The notes below the pieces were generated by a model. That model was not told where the DNA came from and did no database searches. It worked only from the letters and a program-made list of their open reading frames with translations. 64,000 bases of DNA from Clostridium thermobutyricum. GTDB taxonomy: Bacteria; Bacillota; Clostridia; Ch29. The position numbers and the translations under genes are program-made. How positions within the stretch are numbered: the stretch's first letter is position 1; each line of letters begins with the position of its first letter. Positions 41,483 to 51,791 of this stretch are shown piece by piece. The stretch spans positions 17,579 through 81,578 of the forward strand of contig JAENYD010000008.1 in assembly GCA_016842005.1 (NCBI GenBank), written 5' to 3'.

Positions 41483-42121
41483 ATGAGTATAAAACTGTCT
41501 GACAGGCAGCATGAGATAATTGAAATTGTGAAGAAGGAACAGCCCATAACCAGTGAACAGATTGCAGACCGGTTAAATCTGACCCGAGCTGCCCTCAGAT
41601 CGGATTTATCGATACTTACAATGACCGGCATACTGGAAGCGAGGCCTAAGGTAGGTTATTTTCATACGGGCAGGGTGCCTTTCAATATGCTTGTGCAGTA
41701 TGTTGACAATATAAAAGTAAAGGATATAAAAACGCGGCCCATGGTGGTGGACGGAGATACAAGCGTTTACGACAGCATCGTAACAATATTCATTGAGGAT
41801 ATCGGAACCCTTTTTATACAATCGGAAGGATACCTGGCCGGGGTGGTTTCCAGAAAGGATTTTGTCAAACACGCCATAGGCACAAACGACCTGACCAGAC
41901 TGCCTGTGAACATGATAATGACCAGAATGCCCAATATAATAATGCTGGAGGATGACGAGACGATGGCAGATGCCATAATGAAGATGGTTGAACATGAGAT
42001 TGACTGTATGCCTGTTGTGGAAAAATGCAATACCGGTGACGGCAAGGAAAGATATAAGATTACCGGCAGGGTATCCAAGACCGGCATTATAAGGGCTATT
42101 TATGAAATGATAAAAGCTTAG
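41483..42121 (+). CDS. ccpN: transcriptional repressor CcpN (HTH plus two CBS domains)
   Basis: MSIKLSDRQHEIIEIVKK...NLTRAALRSDLSILTM aligns with the B. subtilis CcpN N-terminus. Lies upstream of the PDRP gene as in Bacillus. The RBS spacing is short, and the track ORF starts at TTG 41468. Confidence 0.8.
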   Translation: MSIKLSDRQHEIIEIVKKEQPITSEQIADRLNLTRAALRSDLSILTMTGILEARPKVGYFHTGRVPFNMLVQYVDNIKVKDIKTRPMVVDGDTSVYDSIVTIFIEDIGTLFIQSEGYLAGVVSRKDFVKHAIGTNDLTRLPVNMIMTRMPNIIMLEDDETMADAIMKMVEHEIDCMPVVEKCNTGDGKERYKITGRVSKTGIIRAIYEMIKA

Positions 42122-42142
42122 TGAGGGAGGAAAACTATAGTA

Positions 42143-42952
42143 ATGGTAGACAACGGCGCGGTGGTGTACGTGGTTTCGGATTCCATCGGGGAAACGGCTG
42201 AGAAGGTGGTAATGGCAGCGGCCATACAGTACAATTCGCATATTACCGAAATAAAGAAGGAGCCATATGTTACTGACCAGTCTCAGATAAAGAGGATTGT
42301 GCAGGATGTAAAAGATGTTAAATGCGTGATAGTATATACCCTGGTTGTTCCGGAACTGAAAAAGATTTTGGAAGAGGAATGCGACAAGTATAATATCCCG
42401 AGGGTGGATATCCTGGGGCCCATAATGGATGCCCTGGCGAAGATAGTTCCCGCTTCCCCCAAACTGGAGGCCGGACTTATCCGTAAGCTTGACGAGCGCT
42501 ACTTTAAAAGGGTTGAAGCTATAGAATTTGCCGTTAAATATGATGACGGCAAGGACCCCAGAGGTATTTTGAAGGCTGACGTCGTGCTGGTGGGGGTTTC
42601 CCGCACCTCAAAAACTCCTCTCAGCATGTATCTTGCCAACAAGAACTATAAAGTGGCGAATGTACCTCTTATACCCGAAGTACCTCCTCCAGGGGAGCTT
42701 TATCAGATACCCAAGAAAAAGATTATAGGCCTGACTGCACAGCCTACCGAACTGAATCATATCAGGAAGGAGAGACTCAAGACCCTGGGCCTGGATGGCG
42801 AAGCCAATTATGCCAGTATGGAAAGAATCCTGCAGGAACTGGAGTATTCCGAAAACATAATCAAAAAACTGGGTTGTCCGGTTATAGACGTGACCAGAAA
42901 GGCCATTGAAGAAACGGCCAGTATTATCATAGAGATTTTAAAGGGGGCATAA
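42143..42952 (+). CDS. pyruvate, phosphate dikinase / PEP synthetase regulatory protein (PDRP, DUF299, YqfL)
   Basis: 269 aa with a P-loop GVSRTSKTP. Immediately upstream of ppdK. Confidence 0.9.
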   Translation: MVDNGAVVYVVSDSIGETAEKVVMAAAIQYNSHITEIKKEPYVTDQSQIKRIVQDVKDVKCVIVYTLVVPELKKILEEECDKYNIPRVDILGPIMDALAKIVPASPKLEAGLIRKLDERYFKRVEAIEFAVKYDDGKDPRGILKADVVLVGVSRTSKTPLSMYLANKNYKVANVPLIPEVPPPGELYQIPKKKIIGLTAQPTELNHIRKERLKTLGLDGEANYASMERILQELEYSENIIKKLGCPVIDVTRKAIEETASIIIEILKGA

Positions 42953-42956
42953 CAGC

Positions 42957-45587
42957 ATGAATAAATATGTGTACATGTTTGATGAAGGAAACGCCGGCAT
43001 GAAGTCGCTGCTGGGAGGCAAAGGCGCCAACCTTGCGGAAATGACAAAGATTGGTCTTCCCGTACCCCAGGGGTTCACTGTAACCACCGAGGCCTGCAAC
43101 AGCTATTCAGGAGAATGGAATAAAGAGCTTCCGGACAGTCTGGTTGACCAGATATTTGAAAGCATGGACCGCCTTGAGAATATAACGGGCAAAAAATTCG
43201 GCGACCCGCAGAATCCACTGCTGGTCTCGGTGCGGTCGGGAGCGGTTATTTCAATGCCGGGCATGATGGATACGGTACTCAATCTGGGTCTGAATGACCG
43301 GTCGGTTCTGGGTCTTGCAGGGGCTACCAGTAACGAGAGATTTGCCTTTGACAGCTACAGAAGGTTTATTCAGATGTTCGGTGATGTGGTCACACACATT
43401 GAAAGATATAAGTTTGAAAATATACTGGAGGGTGTAAAGGAAAAAAGAGGCGTTGAATATGATACCGACCTTACGGCGGAAGACCTTAAAATAGTGGTTG
43501 GGAAATACAAGGACCTTTTCAGCAAGGAAATGAACAGGGATTTCCCCCAGGACCCCAGGGAACAGCTGCTTATGGCTATTGAAGCGGTTTTTAATTCATG
43601 GAACAACCCCCGAGCCATAGCTTACAGGAATATCAACGAGATACCCCACAACCTGGGGACTGCGGTAAATGTCCAGTCTATGGTTTATGGGAATATGGGG
43701 GATACATCGGGTACAGGGGTGGCCTTCACCCGGAATCCGGCAACCGGTGAAAAAAAGGTTTTTGGTGAATTTCTCCTGAATGCCCAGGGAGAAGATGTGG
43801 TTGCCGGGGTCAGGACGCCGAAGGATATCAATCAGCTGCAGGATATTTTGCCTGAAGTGTATGAGCAGTTCACCGCAGTGCTGAATACCCTGGAAAAGCA
43901 TTATAAGGACATGCAGGATATAGAGTTTACCGTTGAGAGGGGTAAACTGTACATATTACAGACCCGCAACGGCAAGAGAACTGCCGCGGCTTCCCTTAAA
44001 ATAGCGGTTGACATGGTGGAAGAGGGATTACTGTCCAGGGAGGAAGCGCTTATGAAGATAGAACCGCAGCATCTGGACCAGCTGCTTCACCCGAATTTTG
44101 ACCCGGAAGTCCTGAAGAATGCCAGGCTGCTGGCCAAAGGGCTGCCGGCTTCTCCCGGAGCCGCCACAGGGAAAGTGTATTTTACCGCAGAATCAGCCGC
44201 TTGTGCAGCCGCCCAGGGGGAAAAGGTTATCCTGGTGCGCCAGGAAACCTCTCCGGAGGATATTGAGGGCATGAATGCTGCGGAGGGTATTCTTACTTCC
44301 CGGGGCGGGATGACCTCCCATGCGGCGGTTGTCGCCCGGGGTATGGGGAAATGCTGTGTGGCCGGATGCGGAGAGATAAGGGTGGAAGAGGCAGGCAAAA
44401 GGCTTGTTGCCGGAGACACGGTTGTTAAAGAAGGAGACTTCATCTCCCTGGACGGCAGCACTGGAAAGGTATATCTGGGAAGCCTGCCCAGGGTGGAGCC
44501 CGAGCTTTCGGGAAGCTTTGCCGTTCTTATGGAATGGGCGGACCGGGTGAGGAGTCTTAAAGTCCGGACCAATGCCGATAATCCCAGGGATGCGGCTACA
44601 GCCCTCAAATTCGGGGCTGAAGGTATCGGCCTCTGCCGTACCGAGCACATGTTCTTTGAAGAGGAGAGAATACCTGCCGTCAGGGAAATGATCCTTTCCA
44701 AGACTACCGAACAAAGGGAAAAGGCCCTTGCCAAGCTTTTGCCCATGCAAAAGGAAGATTTTAAAGGAATATTTAAGGTTATGGAAGACCGGCCGGTGAC
44801 AATCAGGCTGCTGGATCCTCCTCTCCATGAGTTTCTGCCCAAGGAGGATGACGACATAAAAGAACTGGCCCTAAACATGGGGATTTCTTTTGATGAGCTC
44901 AGGGGTATAATAGAAGAGATGTCGGAGTTCAACCCCATGCTTGGACACAGGGGGTGCCGTCTGGCCATTACTTTCCCGGAAATAGCCAGAATGCAGACAA
45001 GAGCGATTATAGAAGCTGCTGCGGAGGTTATCCGGGAAACAGGCCTTCAGGTTAAACCGGAGATTATGGTGCCCCTGGTAGGCAGCGTGACCGAACTCGA
45101 ATACCTGAAAGATATTATCACAGAGACCGCCGGCCAGGTTATGGCTGAAACAGGCGTAGAGTTTGAGTATCTGATAGGTACAATGATTGAGGTGCCCAGG
45201 GCTGCCATTACGGCGGACGAGATTGCCCGGGAAGCTCAGTTCTTTTCCTTCGGAACCAATGACCTTACCCAGATGGCTATGGGATTTTCCAGGGATGATG
45301 CCGGTAAATTCCTGAGTGCTTACAGGGATAAGGGGATTATTGATACCGATCCTTTCCAGCGGCTGGACCAGGCAGGAGTAGGCAAACTGGTTGAAATGGC
45401 GGTGAAGCTGGGTAAGGCGGCAAGACCCGACATAAAGCTGGGGATATGCGGGGAGCACGGAGGGGACCCGTCATCCATTGACTTTTTCTACAGGGTGGGG
45501 CTGGCCTATGTCTCCTGTTCACCTTTCAGGGTGCCCGTTGCCAGGCTTGCAGCAGCCCAGGCTGTAATAAGGAATAATAATATCTGA
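42957..45587 (+). CDS. ppdK: pyruvate, phosphate dikinase
   Basis: 876 aa with the PEP-utilising enzyme phospho-His region (GGMTSHAAVVARGMG) and a TIM-barrel C-domain. Confidence 0.95.
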   Translation: MNKYVYMFDEGNAGMKSLLGGKGANLAEMTKIGLPVPQGFTVTTEACNSYSGEWNKELPDSLVDQIFESMDRLENITGKKFGDPQNPLLVSVRSGAVISMPGMMDTVLNLGLNDRSVLGLAGATSNERFAFDSYRRFIQMFGDVVTHIERYKFENILEGVKEKRGVEYDTDLTAEDLKIVVGKYKDLFSKEMNRDFPQDPREQLLMAIEAVFNSWNNPRAIAYRNINEIPHNLGTAVNVQSMVYGNMGDTSGTGVAFTRNPATGEKKVFGEFLLNAQGEDVVAGVRTPKDINQLQDILPEVYEQFTAVLNTLEKHYKDMQDIEFTVERGKLYILQTRNGKRTAAASLKIAVDMVEEGLLSREEALMKIEPQHLDQLLHPNFDPEVLKNARLLAKGLPASPGAATGKVYFTAESAACAAAQGEKVILVRQETSPEDIEGMNAAEGILTSRGGMTSHAAVVARGMGKCCVAGCGEIRVEEAGKRLVAGDTVVKEGDFISLDGSTGKVYLGSLPRVEPELSGSFAVLMEWADRVRSLKVRTNADNPRDAATALKFGAEGIGLCRTEHMFFEEERIPAVREMILSKTTEQREKALAKLLPMQKEDFKGIFKVMEDRPVTIRLLDPPLHEFLPKEDDDIKELALNMGISFDELRGIIEEMSEFNPMLGHRGCRLAITFPEIARMQTRAIIEAAAEVIRETGLQVKPEIMVPLVGSVTELEYLKDIITETAGQVMAETGVEFEYLIGTMIEVPRAAITADEIAREAQFFSFGTNDLTQMAMGFSRDDAGKFLSAYRDKGIIDTDPFQRLDQAGVGKLVEMAVKLGKAARPDIKLGICGEHGGDPSSIDFFYRVGLAYVSCSPFRVPVARLAAAQAVIRNNNI

Positions 45588-45603
45588 GATGGGAGGGACT
45601 GGA

Positions 45604-45891
45604 ATGAAAATAATGGTAGAAGACAAGCTTAAGGACTATCTGAACAACAAATTAATAACAACTCTGACGGTAAAAAAAGTTGTTTCCAGCCCCTGCTGAA
45701 CCGGAGCGAATTTTCCATTGGTTTTAATGGAAAGGCCCGGGAACGAAGACGGCTATGACAAGTATGTGATAGACGGAATTGAGATTTTTGTACCAAAAGG
45801 CATATCAACGGTTAAGGATATACTGCACTTCCGGCTCAGGAGCTTTTTGTTCCTGAAACATGTGGAAGTGGAAGGAGTAAGCGTATTCTAG
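45604..45891 (+). CDS. CC/Se-motif family selenoprotein candidate (in-frame TGA at 45697..45699 read as Sec)
   Basis: ATG 45604 follows a GGGAGGGA RBS. Reading through the TGA gives MKIMVEDKLKDYLNNKLITTLTVKKVVSSPC-U-TGANFPLVLMERPGNEDGYDKYVIDGIEIFVPKGISTVKDILHFRLRSFLFLKHVEVEGVSVF (95 aa), one continuous frame. A hairpin TTTCCATT-GGTTTT-AATGGAAA at 45712..45733 starts 13 nt after the UGA and is a SECIS candidate. The ORF track misses the gene because it is split at the TGA. Confidence 0.6.
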
Positions 45892-46078
45892 ACTGACAAT
45901 GAATAAAGGGGGATCGGAGATATTGTCCGGTCCCTTTGCTTCAGTTGAAAATTCTGGGACCATCTGGTATATTTTAGACAGGTTATGTTTCCTGGCAGGA
46001 TTGTCAGGACACAGGATCTTAAACAGCCGATTTGGCCTGTGCACAGAACAGGCAGTTGCTGTTAACGGGGTGGAAAGC

Positions 46079-47116
46079 ATGAATATACGAGAGATGCAGG
46101 AACAAACCGAAATGCGGATATTGTCTCCATATGCCTGCCCGGCAGCCAAAAGCAGGGGACGGAAGATACCCGAAGAGAAATGCGATGTAAGGACAGATTT
46201 TCAAAGAGACAGGGACAGGGTGATACATTCAAAGGCTTTCAGGCGTCTGAAGCATAAAACCCAGGTGTTTATCTCCCCGGACAACGACCATTACCGGACA
46301 CGGCTGACCCATACCCTGGAGGTAAGTCAGATTGCCAGGACAATAGGTGCCGGTTTGCGCCTGAATACCGATCTCATAGAAGCTATCGCCCTTTCCCACG
46401 ATGTGGGGCATACCCCTTTTTCCCATTCGGGGGAAGAGGTTCTGAATGCCCTCATGCCCGGCGGTTTTCGCCACAATGAAAACAGTGTAAGGGTTCTGAC
46501 TATGATAGAAAAGGGCCGGACGGGCCGCGGACTGAACCTGACCGAAGAAGTCCTGGACGGGGTACTTCGTCACAGCGGATTTGGCAAAAGGAAGGCTGAA
46601 GAAGCCTGTACCCTGGAAGGACAGGTTATAAAGCTAAGCGACAAGATAGCCTATGTGCAGCATGATATTGACGACAGCATCAGGGCAGGGGTCTTGAGCA
46701 TGGAGGACCTTCCGGGAGAATGCCTGAACCTCCTTGGCAGCACCCACAGTCAGAGGATTTCTACCCTGGTGAAGGATGCCATAGAATACAGTAGTAAGCT
46801 GCTCCAGTCAGGACAATACGCTGTCAGGCTGAGTCCTCCTGTACAGGAAGCCCTTTCAGGCCTCAGGGATTTTATGTTCGAGAACGTATATTTTGGTCCG
46901 GTATGTAAAGCGGAAAGGGACCGGGTTAGTCATGTTATAGAATTTCTTTTCAGGTATTACCTGAAGCACCCTGACAAGCTGCCCGGGTTTTACCTTGAAA
47001 TAGCGAGGGAAGAAGGGCTTGAAAGGGGCGTGTGTGATTATATATCCGGTATGAGTGACAATTTCTGTATAAACACCTTCAAGGATATAACCATCCCCAG
47101 GTCCTTTGTTGATTAG
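46079..47116 (+). CDS. dgt: dGTPase-like HD-domain phosphohydrolase (deoxyguanosinetriphosphate triphosphohydrolase-like protein)
   Basis: MNIREMQEQTEMRILSPYA... plus the HD motif (HTLEVSQIARTIG...SHDVGHTPFSH). A GGGGTGGAAAG RBS precedes the start. The track ORF starts 180 nt earlier without homology support. Confidence 0.85.
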   Translation: MNIREMQEQTEMRILSPYACPAAKSRGRKIPEEKCDVRTDFQRDRDRVIHSKAFRRLKHKTQVFISPDNDHYRTRLTHTLEVSQIARTIGAGLRLNTDLIEAIALSHDVGHTPFSHSGEEVLNALMPGGFRHNENSVRVLTMIEKGRTGRGLNLTEEVLDGVLRHSGFGKRKAEEACTLEGQVIKLSDKIAYVQHDIDDSIRAGVLSMEDLPGECLNLLGSTHSQRISTLVKDAIEYSSKLLQSGQYAVRLSPPVQEALSGLRDFMFENVYFGPVCKAERDRVSHVIEFLFRYYLKHPDKLPGFYLEIAREEGLERGVCDYISGMSDNFCINTFKDITIPRSFVD

Positions 47117-47723
47117 GCATTGATCACTGTGAAGGAATATAAGCCACGCCGCATTCCGGAGATGAACCTTTGGGGTGCGGCGGTCACCACTCCGGCATCT
47201 CAAAGCCGGGGTTTTACTTTTACAGGAGACATTCCGATGGGGACATTCCTGACCGCTGACAGGAATACCGGGGCTTCAGCAGGTGTGTCCCCTGACTGCG
47301 GGAAATCCTGCTAACAATTTCCCATAATAATAATTTTATCATGCAGGAATCCTTTCAACTGTGTAGAAGTTAGTATAGCAAAATGACACCAGAGGACCAG
47401 GGACAGGGAGACCGGTCAGGCTCTGCTGTAACCTCTGGAGGCGATTGGGAGGGATTTTGTTAGAAAAATTTTAATATTAAAAATATATTTCGTCTGAAAG
47501 GATATATTGCTTATTTGTAGAATTAATAAATAACATACGATAGTTGATTTAGTACGGGAATAAGTATATAATATAAATTTATTGTCTAAAATACTAAAGT
47601 ATTTAAGCAAATCTATTGAAATTATTTGAAGGAAAAAAAGCAGTTGTGTCGAATTATCATTAAATTGTAGGTCTGTGAAGAGATTTTGTTCTTGTTCAAG
47701 CATGTATAAGGTGGTCCATCTAC

Positions 47724-49583
47724 ATGAAATATCGTTTCCCTGAAGAATTTATCGATAGAGTGAGGGAAAGCAGCGACCTGGTTGAAGTTGCATCCGAATA
47801 TTTGACTCTGACAAGAAACGGGGACAGGTATAAGGGTTTATGCCCTTTCCACAGAGAAGATACCCCTTCGTTTTTTATATCGGCTGACAAGCAGCTTTAC
47901 CACTGCTTTGGATGCGGGGAAGGGGGAAATGTATTTAACTTCATAATGGGTGTTGAAAAACTGGATTTTATTGATGCGGTTAAATTTCTGGCTGACAGGG
48001 CCGGAATAGCAATTCCCCGGGCATATGAAGGCAGTCAGGATGACGGCCGGTACAAATTCATCCAGAAAATCTACAGTGCCAATCTGGAAGCGGCCAGGTT
48101 CTATGCGGGTTCTCTGCGAAGCAGCAAAAGGGCTATGGATTATCTGCTGAAGAGGGGGTTAACAACCGAAACCGTCAGGCATTTCGGATTGGGGTATGCG
48201 GTTAATGAGTGGGACAGACTGCTCAATTACCTGAAAAAGAAGGGTTTTTCGGATGATATTATTGCAGGTTCAGGGCTGTTTATAAAGAGAAAAGATGGCA
48301 GTGGCTTTTACGACCGGTTCAGGAACAGAATTATTTTCCCCATAATTGATGTGAGAGGCAGGGTCGTGGGGTTTGGCGGGCGGGTACTGGACAGCGCTGA
48401 CGGACCCAAATACATGAATTCTCCTGAAACACCGGTTTTTATCAAAAGGAACAGCCTTTACGGACTGAACACAGCGAGGAAACATATACATGGAGAAGAA
48501 ATAATAGTTGTAGAAGGATATATGGATGTTATATCCCTCCATCAAAGGGGTATTAAAAATGTAGTAGCTTCTCTCGGGACAGCTTTCACACGACAGCAGG
48601 CGGAAATGCTGAAAAGGTACTGCAGAAACATTGTCATTGCATACGATGCCGATGCTGCCGGGCAGACAGCAACATTGAGAGGACTGGAAATATTGCAGGC
48701 GGCCGGTTGCAACGTAAAGGTTGTAGAGATACCCGAAGGGAAAGACCCTGACGATTATGTCAGCATGTATGGCGGACAGGCCTTTGAGCAGGTGGTCAAA
48801 AACGGTTATACTTTCATGGATTACAGGATCAAGCTCCTGAGAGAGAAGTATGACCTTGACGACAGGCAGCAGAAACTGCAGTTTTTGAAAGAGGTATCCG
48901 GGCTGGTGGCAGGACTGGACAGTGAGATAGAAATATCCGAATATATAAAGGTTATCTCTCACAGCACCGGGATATACGAATCCGCATTACGGGAGGAAAT
49001 TTTCCGCATTAAAAAGGGGAATGCGGGGTATAAAAGGAATATATATGGTAAAAATAGGCATAATAATAGTGTTGAACAGGTAAAGCACACTATTAAAGAT
49101 GCTGTCGGGGAAGCGGAGGAGAATATTCTAGCATTAATGCTGAAGAATATCAGAAGCTATACCGACCTGGGGGGCAGAGTAGCCAGGGAAGATTTTTCCG
49201 ACCGGTTCCACAGGAAGCTGATGGAAGCAATAAACTTGCTGAGCAACAAGGGGAGGTTGAATGTAGCGGATCTTCTGAACCTATTCGATGACAGGGAAGA
49301 GATAAACAGAATAGTGTCACTGGCTGAGAAAGACATATCTGTAGATGTTGACGATATGGATAAGTTTGTGGAAGATTGTATATATACCATTCATATGCAC
49401 AGGGACAGACAGAGGGCAAATTATATAAAGCAGCAGATAAGCGAGCTTTCCGGTAAAACAGATAGAACCGGGGAGGAAGACCAATTATACAGGAAGCTGT
49501 GTACAGAATTTGTGAATATACAGCGTAAAATGAGGGGTTTGTCTGGAGCTATGCAGAAGGGAGGGGATACCGATGAAGATTGA
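47724..49583 (+). CDS. dnaG: DNA primase
   Basis: Zinc ribbon ([11 protein letters not shown]...CFGCG), TOPRIM domain (EGYMDV, DAD) and a C-terminal DnaB-interaction region. Confidence 0.95.
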   Translation: MKYRFPEEFIDRVRESSDLVEVASEYLTLTRNGDRYKGLCPFHREDTPSFFISADKQLYHCFGCGEGGNVFNFIMGVEKLDFIDAVKFLADRAGIAIPRAYEGSQDDGRYKFIQKIYSANLEAARFYAGSLRSSKRAMDYLLKRGLTTETVRHFGLGYAVNEWDRLLNYLKKKGFSDDIIAGSGLFIKRKDGSGFYDRFRNRIIFPIIDVRGRVVGFGGRVLDSADGPKYMNSPETPVFIKRNSLYGLNTARKHIHGEEIIVVEGYMDVISLHQRGIKNVVASLGTAFTRQQAEMLKRYCRNIVIAYDADAAGQTATLRGLEILQAAGCNVKVVEIPEGKDPDDYVSMYGGQAFEQVVKNGYTFMDYRIKLLREKYDLDDRQQKLQFLKEVSGLVAGLDSEIEISEYIKVISHSTGIYESALREEIFRIKKGNAGYKRNIYGKNRHNNSVEQVKHTIKDAVGEAEENILALMLKNIRSYTDLGGRVAREDFSDRFHRKLMEAINLLSNKGRLNVADLLNLFDDREEINRIVSLAEKDISVDVDDMDKFVEDCIYTIHMHRDRQRANYIKQQISELSGKTDRTGEEDQLYRKLCTEFVNIQRKMRGLSGAMQKGGDTDED

Positions 49584-50694
49584 CAATGTGGCAGGTGACA
49601 GCAAAGTCAATAAAGTAGAAACTATTGGGGGAGTTAAGGAATTAATTGAAAAGGGCAGAAATAAAGGGGTACTGACCTATAAAGAGATTATGGATACCCT
49701 GGAAGAGGTGGACCTTGACCCCGAGCAGATTGAGAAAATTTACGAAATCTTTGAGGATATGCATATAGATATTGTCGGTGAAGATGATAAGATGGACATG
49801 ATATCCGATGACAACGAAGAGGTTGAGGACCTGGATGTGGAGAATATCTCTGTTCCGGAAGGGGTAAATATTGATGACCCGGTCAGGATGTACCTCAAGG
49901 AAATAGGTAAAATACCTCTGCTGAGTGCTGATGAGGAGATAGAGCTTGCCAAGAGAATAGAGCAGGAGGATATGGAAGCCAAGAGAAAGCTGGCTGAGGC
50001 CAATCTCAGACTGGTTGTGAGTATTGCCAAGCGTTATGTGGGGAGAGGCATGCTCTTTCTGGACCTTATTCAGGAAGGTAACCTGGGGTTGATTAAGGCA
50101 GTCGAAAAATTCGATTACAGGAAAGGGTTCAAATTCAGCACATATGCAACCTGGTGGATCAGGCAGGCCATTACCAGGGCTATTGCTGACCAGGCAAGGA
50201 CTATACGTATACCGGTACACATGGTGGAGACCATCAACAAACTCATAAGAGTGTCCAGGCAGCTTCTACAGGAACTGGGAAGGGAACCTTTGCCGGAAGA
50301 GATAGCTGCTGAAATGGGACTTTCAGAAGATAAAGTGAGGGACATACTTAAAATAGCCCAGGAACCGGTATCGCTGGAGACACCCATAGGGGAAGAAGAA
50401 GACAGTCATCTGGGAGATTTCATCCCCGATGATGAAGCCCCTGCTCCAGCAGAAGCGGCAGCATTTACAATGCTCAGAGAACAGCTTATAGACGTACTGG
50501 ATACCCTGACTCCCAGGGAGGAAAAGGTTCTCAGGCTCAGGTTCGGCCTTGACGACGGAAGGGTCAGGACCCTGGAGGAAGTAGGAAAAGAATTCAATGT
50601 AACCAGGGAGAGGATCAGACAAATTGAGGCAAAGGCATTAAGAAAACTTAGACATCCCAGCAGAAGTAAAAAGCTAAAGGACTACCTGGAGTGA
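49573..50694 (+). CDS. sigA: RNA polymerase sigma factor SigA (sigma-70, primary)
   Basis: Regions 1.2 to 4 are present ([38 protein letters not shown], region 4 HTH). Overlaps the dnaG stop as in the Bacillus dnaG-sigA operon. Confidence 0.95.
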   Translation: MKIDNVAGDSKVNKVETIGGVKELIEKGRNKGVLTYKEIMDTLEEVDLDPEQIEKIYEIFEDMHIDIVGEDDKMDMISDDNEEVEDLDVENISVPEGVNIDDPVRMYLKEIGKIPLLSADEEIELAKRIEQEDMEAKRKLAEANLRLVVSIAKRYVGRGMLFLDLIQEGNLGLIKAVEKFDYRKGFKFSTYATWWIRQAITRAIADQARTIRIPVHMVETINKLIRVSRQLLQELGREPLPEEIAAEMGLSEDKVRDILKIAQEPVSLETPIGEEEDSHLGDFIPDDEAPAPAEAAAFTMLREQLIDVLDTLTPREEKVLRLRFGLDDGRVRTLEEVGKEFNVTRERIRQIEAKALRKLRHPSRSKKLKDYLE

Positions 50695-50705
50695 TAAAAT
50701 TTTAT

Positions 50706-50739
50706 TGACATATATATCAGATGTTGTATAATATATATT
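50706..50739 (+). promoter_or_regulatory. consensus sigma-A promoter of the tRNA pair
   Basis: TTGACA-16/17-TATAAT located about 12 nt upstream of the tRNA-Asn 5' end. Confidence 0.75.
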
Positions 50740-50750
50740 GTCGATTTTGT

Positions 50751-50825
50751 TCCTCAGTAGCTCAACGGTGGAGCACTCGGCTGTTAACCGAGGGGTTGCT
50801 GGTTCGAATCCAGCCTGGGGAGCCA
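50751..50825 (+). tRNA. tRNA-Asn (anticodon GTT)
   Basis: TCCTCAGTAGCTCAACGGTGGAGCA...CTGTTAAC anticodon loop...GGTTCGAATCC T-arm...CTGGGGAGCCA. Cloverleaf folded by eye, with the Firmicute tRNA-Asn U1:A72 pair. Confidence 0.85.
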
Positions 50826-50830
50826 TATCA

Positions 50831-50906
50831 GGGCCTTTAGCTCAGCTGGTAGAGCAACCGGCTCATAACCGGTCGGTCCGGGGTTCGAGTCCCTGAAGGC
50901 CCACCA
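50831..50906 (+). tRNA. tRNA with CAT anticodon; most similar to Firmicute tRNA-Ile2 (lysidine, k2CAU), not an initiator
   Basis: GGGCCTTTAGCTCAGCTGGTAGAGC...GGCTCATAACC...GGTTCGAGTCC...AAGGCCCACCA. A G1:C72 pair and the lack of the three G:C pairs in the anticodon stem exclude initiator tRNA. Confidence 0.75.
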
Positions 50907-50908
50907 TT

Positions 50909-50937
50909 CAAGCACTCATTCGAGTGCTTTTTATTTT
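50909..50937 (+). terminator. rho-independent terminator after the tRNA pair
   Basis: AAGCACTC-ATTC-GAGTGCTT hairpin followed by TTTATTTTT. Confidence 0.8.
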
Positions 50938-51062
50938 TACGTGACTATCCTCCAAACCCCATGTTTGTTCTCCCGGGCTGCAGTTTTTTATTCAGCGGAA
51001 CGGAGTCCCTATTTGCCAATTTCCCGTAATAAAGGTAGAATTAATATAGGGAGGTTTGACCT

Positions 51063-51791
51063 ATGATAAGGACGGTACTTTTCGACCTGGATGGCACCCT
51101 GCTGCCGCTGGAGATGGAGAAATTCATGAAGTCATATTTTGCGGAAGTGGGCAGGGCATTCAGTGATATCATGGATCCTGAATTATTAACCGATAAGATT
51201 ATGAAGGCCACCGAGTATATGGTGAAGAATCTGGAACCGCATAAAACAAATAAAGAGGTCTTCGAAGAAGAATTTGAAAGGCTTATGGGAAAAGACATTT
51301 CCGGACTTATGGATAGATTTTTGCATTTTTATTCCACCGATTTCAAACGCATAAAACAGATTGTTAACCCCCAGCCTCTGTGCAGCCAGATTATCAGCAC
51401 CCTTACGGCAAAGGGGTACGATGTGGTGCTGGCTACCAATCCTCTGTTTCCCAGGATAGCCATTGAAGAAAGGATGAGGTGGGCCGGAGTGGAACCCCAT
51501 CACTTTAAAGTGATTACTGCTTTTGAGGAAATGCATTTCTGCAAGCCCAACCTTGAATATTACAGAGAAATTATGGAAATAATTAACATGGAGCCTCAAT
51601 ACTGCCTGATGGTGGGAAACGATGTAGAAGAAGATATGGTAGCAGGAAAACTGGGGATGAAGACTTTTTTGCTGGATACCTTTCTGATACACAGGGGAAG
51701 CAAGCTGCCTGAAATAGATTTCAGGGGAGATTATGAAAACCTCCTCAGGTTTGTGAACAACCATTTACCCGAACTGGAGGAAAGGCACTGA
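51063..51791 (+). CDS. HAD superfamily hydrolase
   Basis: N-terminal motif I FDLDGTL. 242 aa with the HAD fold. Confidence 0.8.
   Translation: MIRTVLFDLDGTLLPLEMEKFMKSYFAEVGRAFSDIMDPELLTDKIMKATEYMVKNLEPHKTNKEVFEEEFERLMGKDISGLMDRFLHFYSTDFKRIKQIVNPQPLCSQIISTLTAKGYDVVLATNPLFPRIAIEERMRWAGVEPHHFKVITAFEEMHFCKPNLEYYREIMEIINMEPQYCLMVGNDVEEDMVAGKLGMKTFLLDTFLIHRGSKLPEIDFRGDYENLLRFVNNHLPELEERH

Noticed and set aside
44087-45458. Several 200-300-aa minus-strand ORFs inside ppdK
   Set aside because: Shadow ORFs of a GC-normal conserved gene. Ser/Ala/Arg-rich, with no homology pattern.
45899-46078. N-terminal 60-codon extension of the dgt ORF in the track
   Set aside because: No homology to dGTPase N-termini, no RBS at 45899, and a good RBS plus a conserved N-terminus at the internal ATG (track coordinate 46079).
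47120-47314. 64-aa ORF in the dgt-dnaG intergenic region
   Set aside because: No RBS, Gly/Thr/Pro-rich translation, and the segment is dominated by RNA-like helices. Treated as a non-coding structured region instead.
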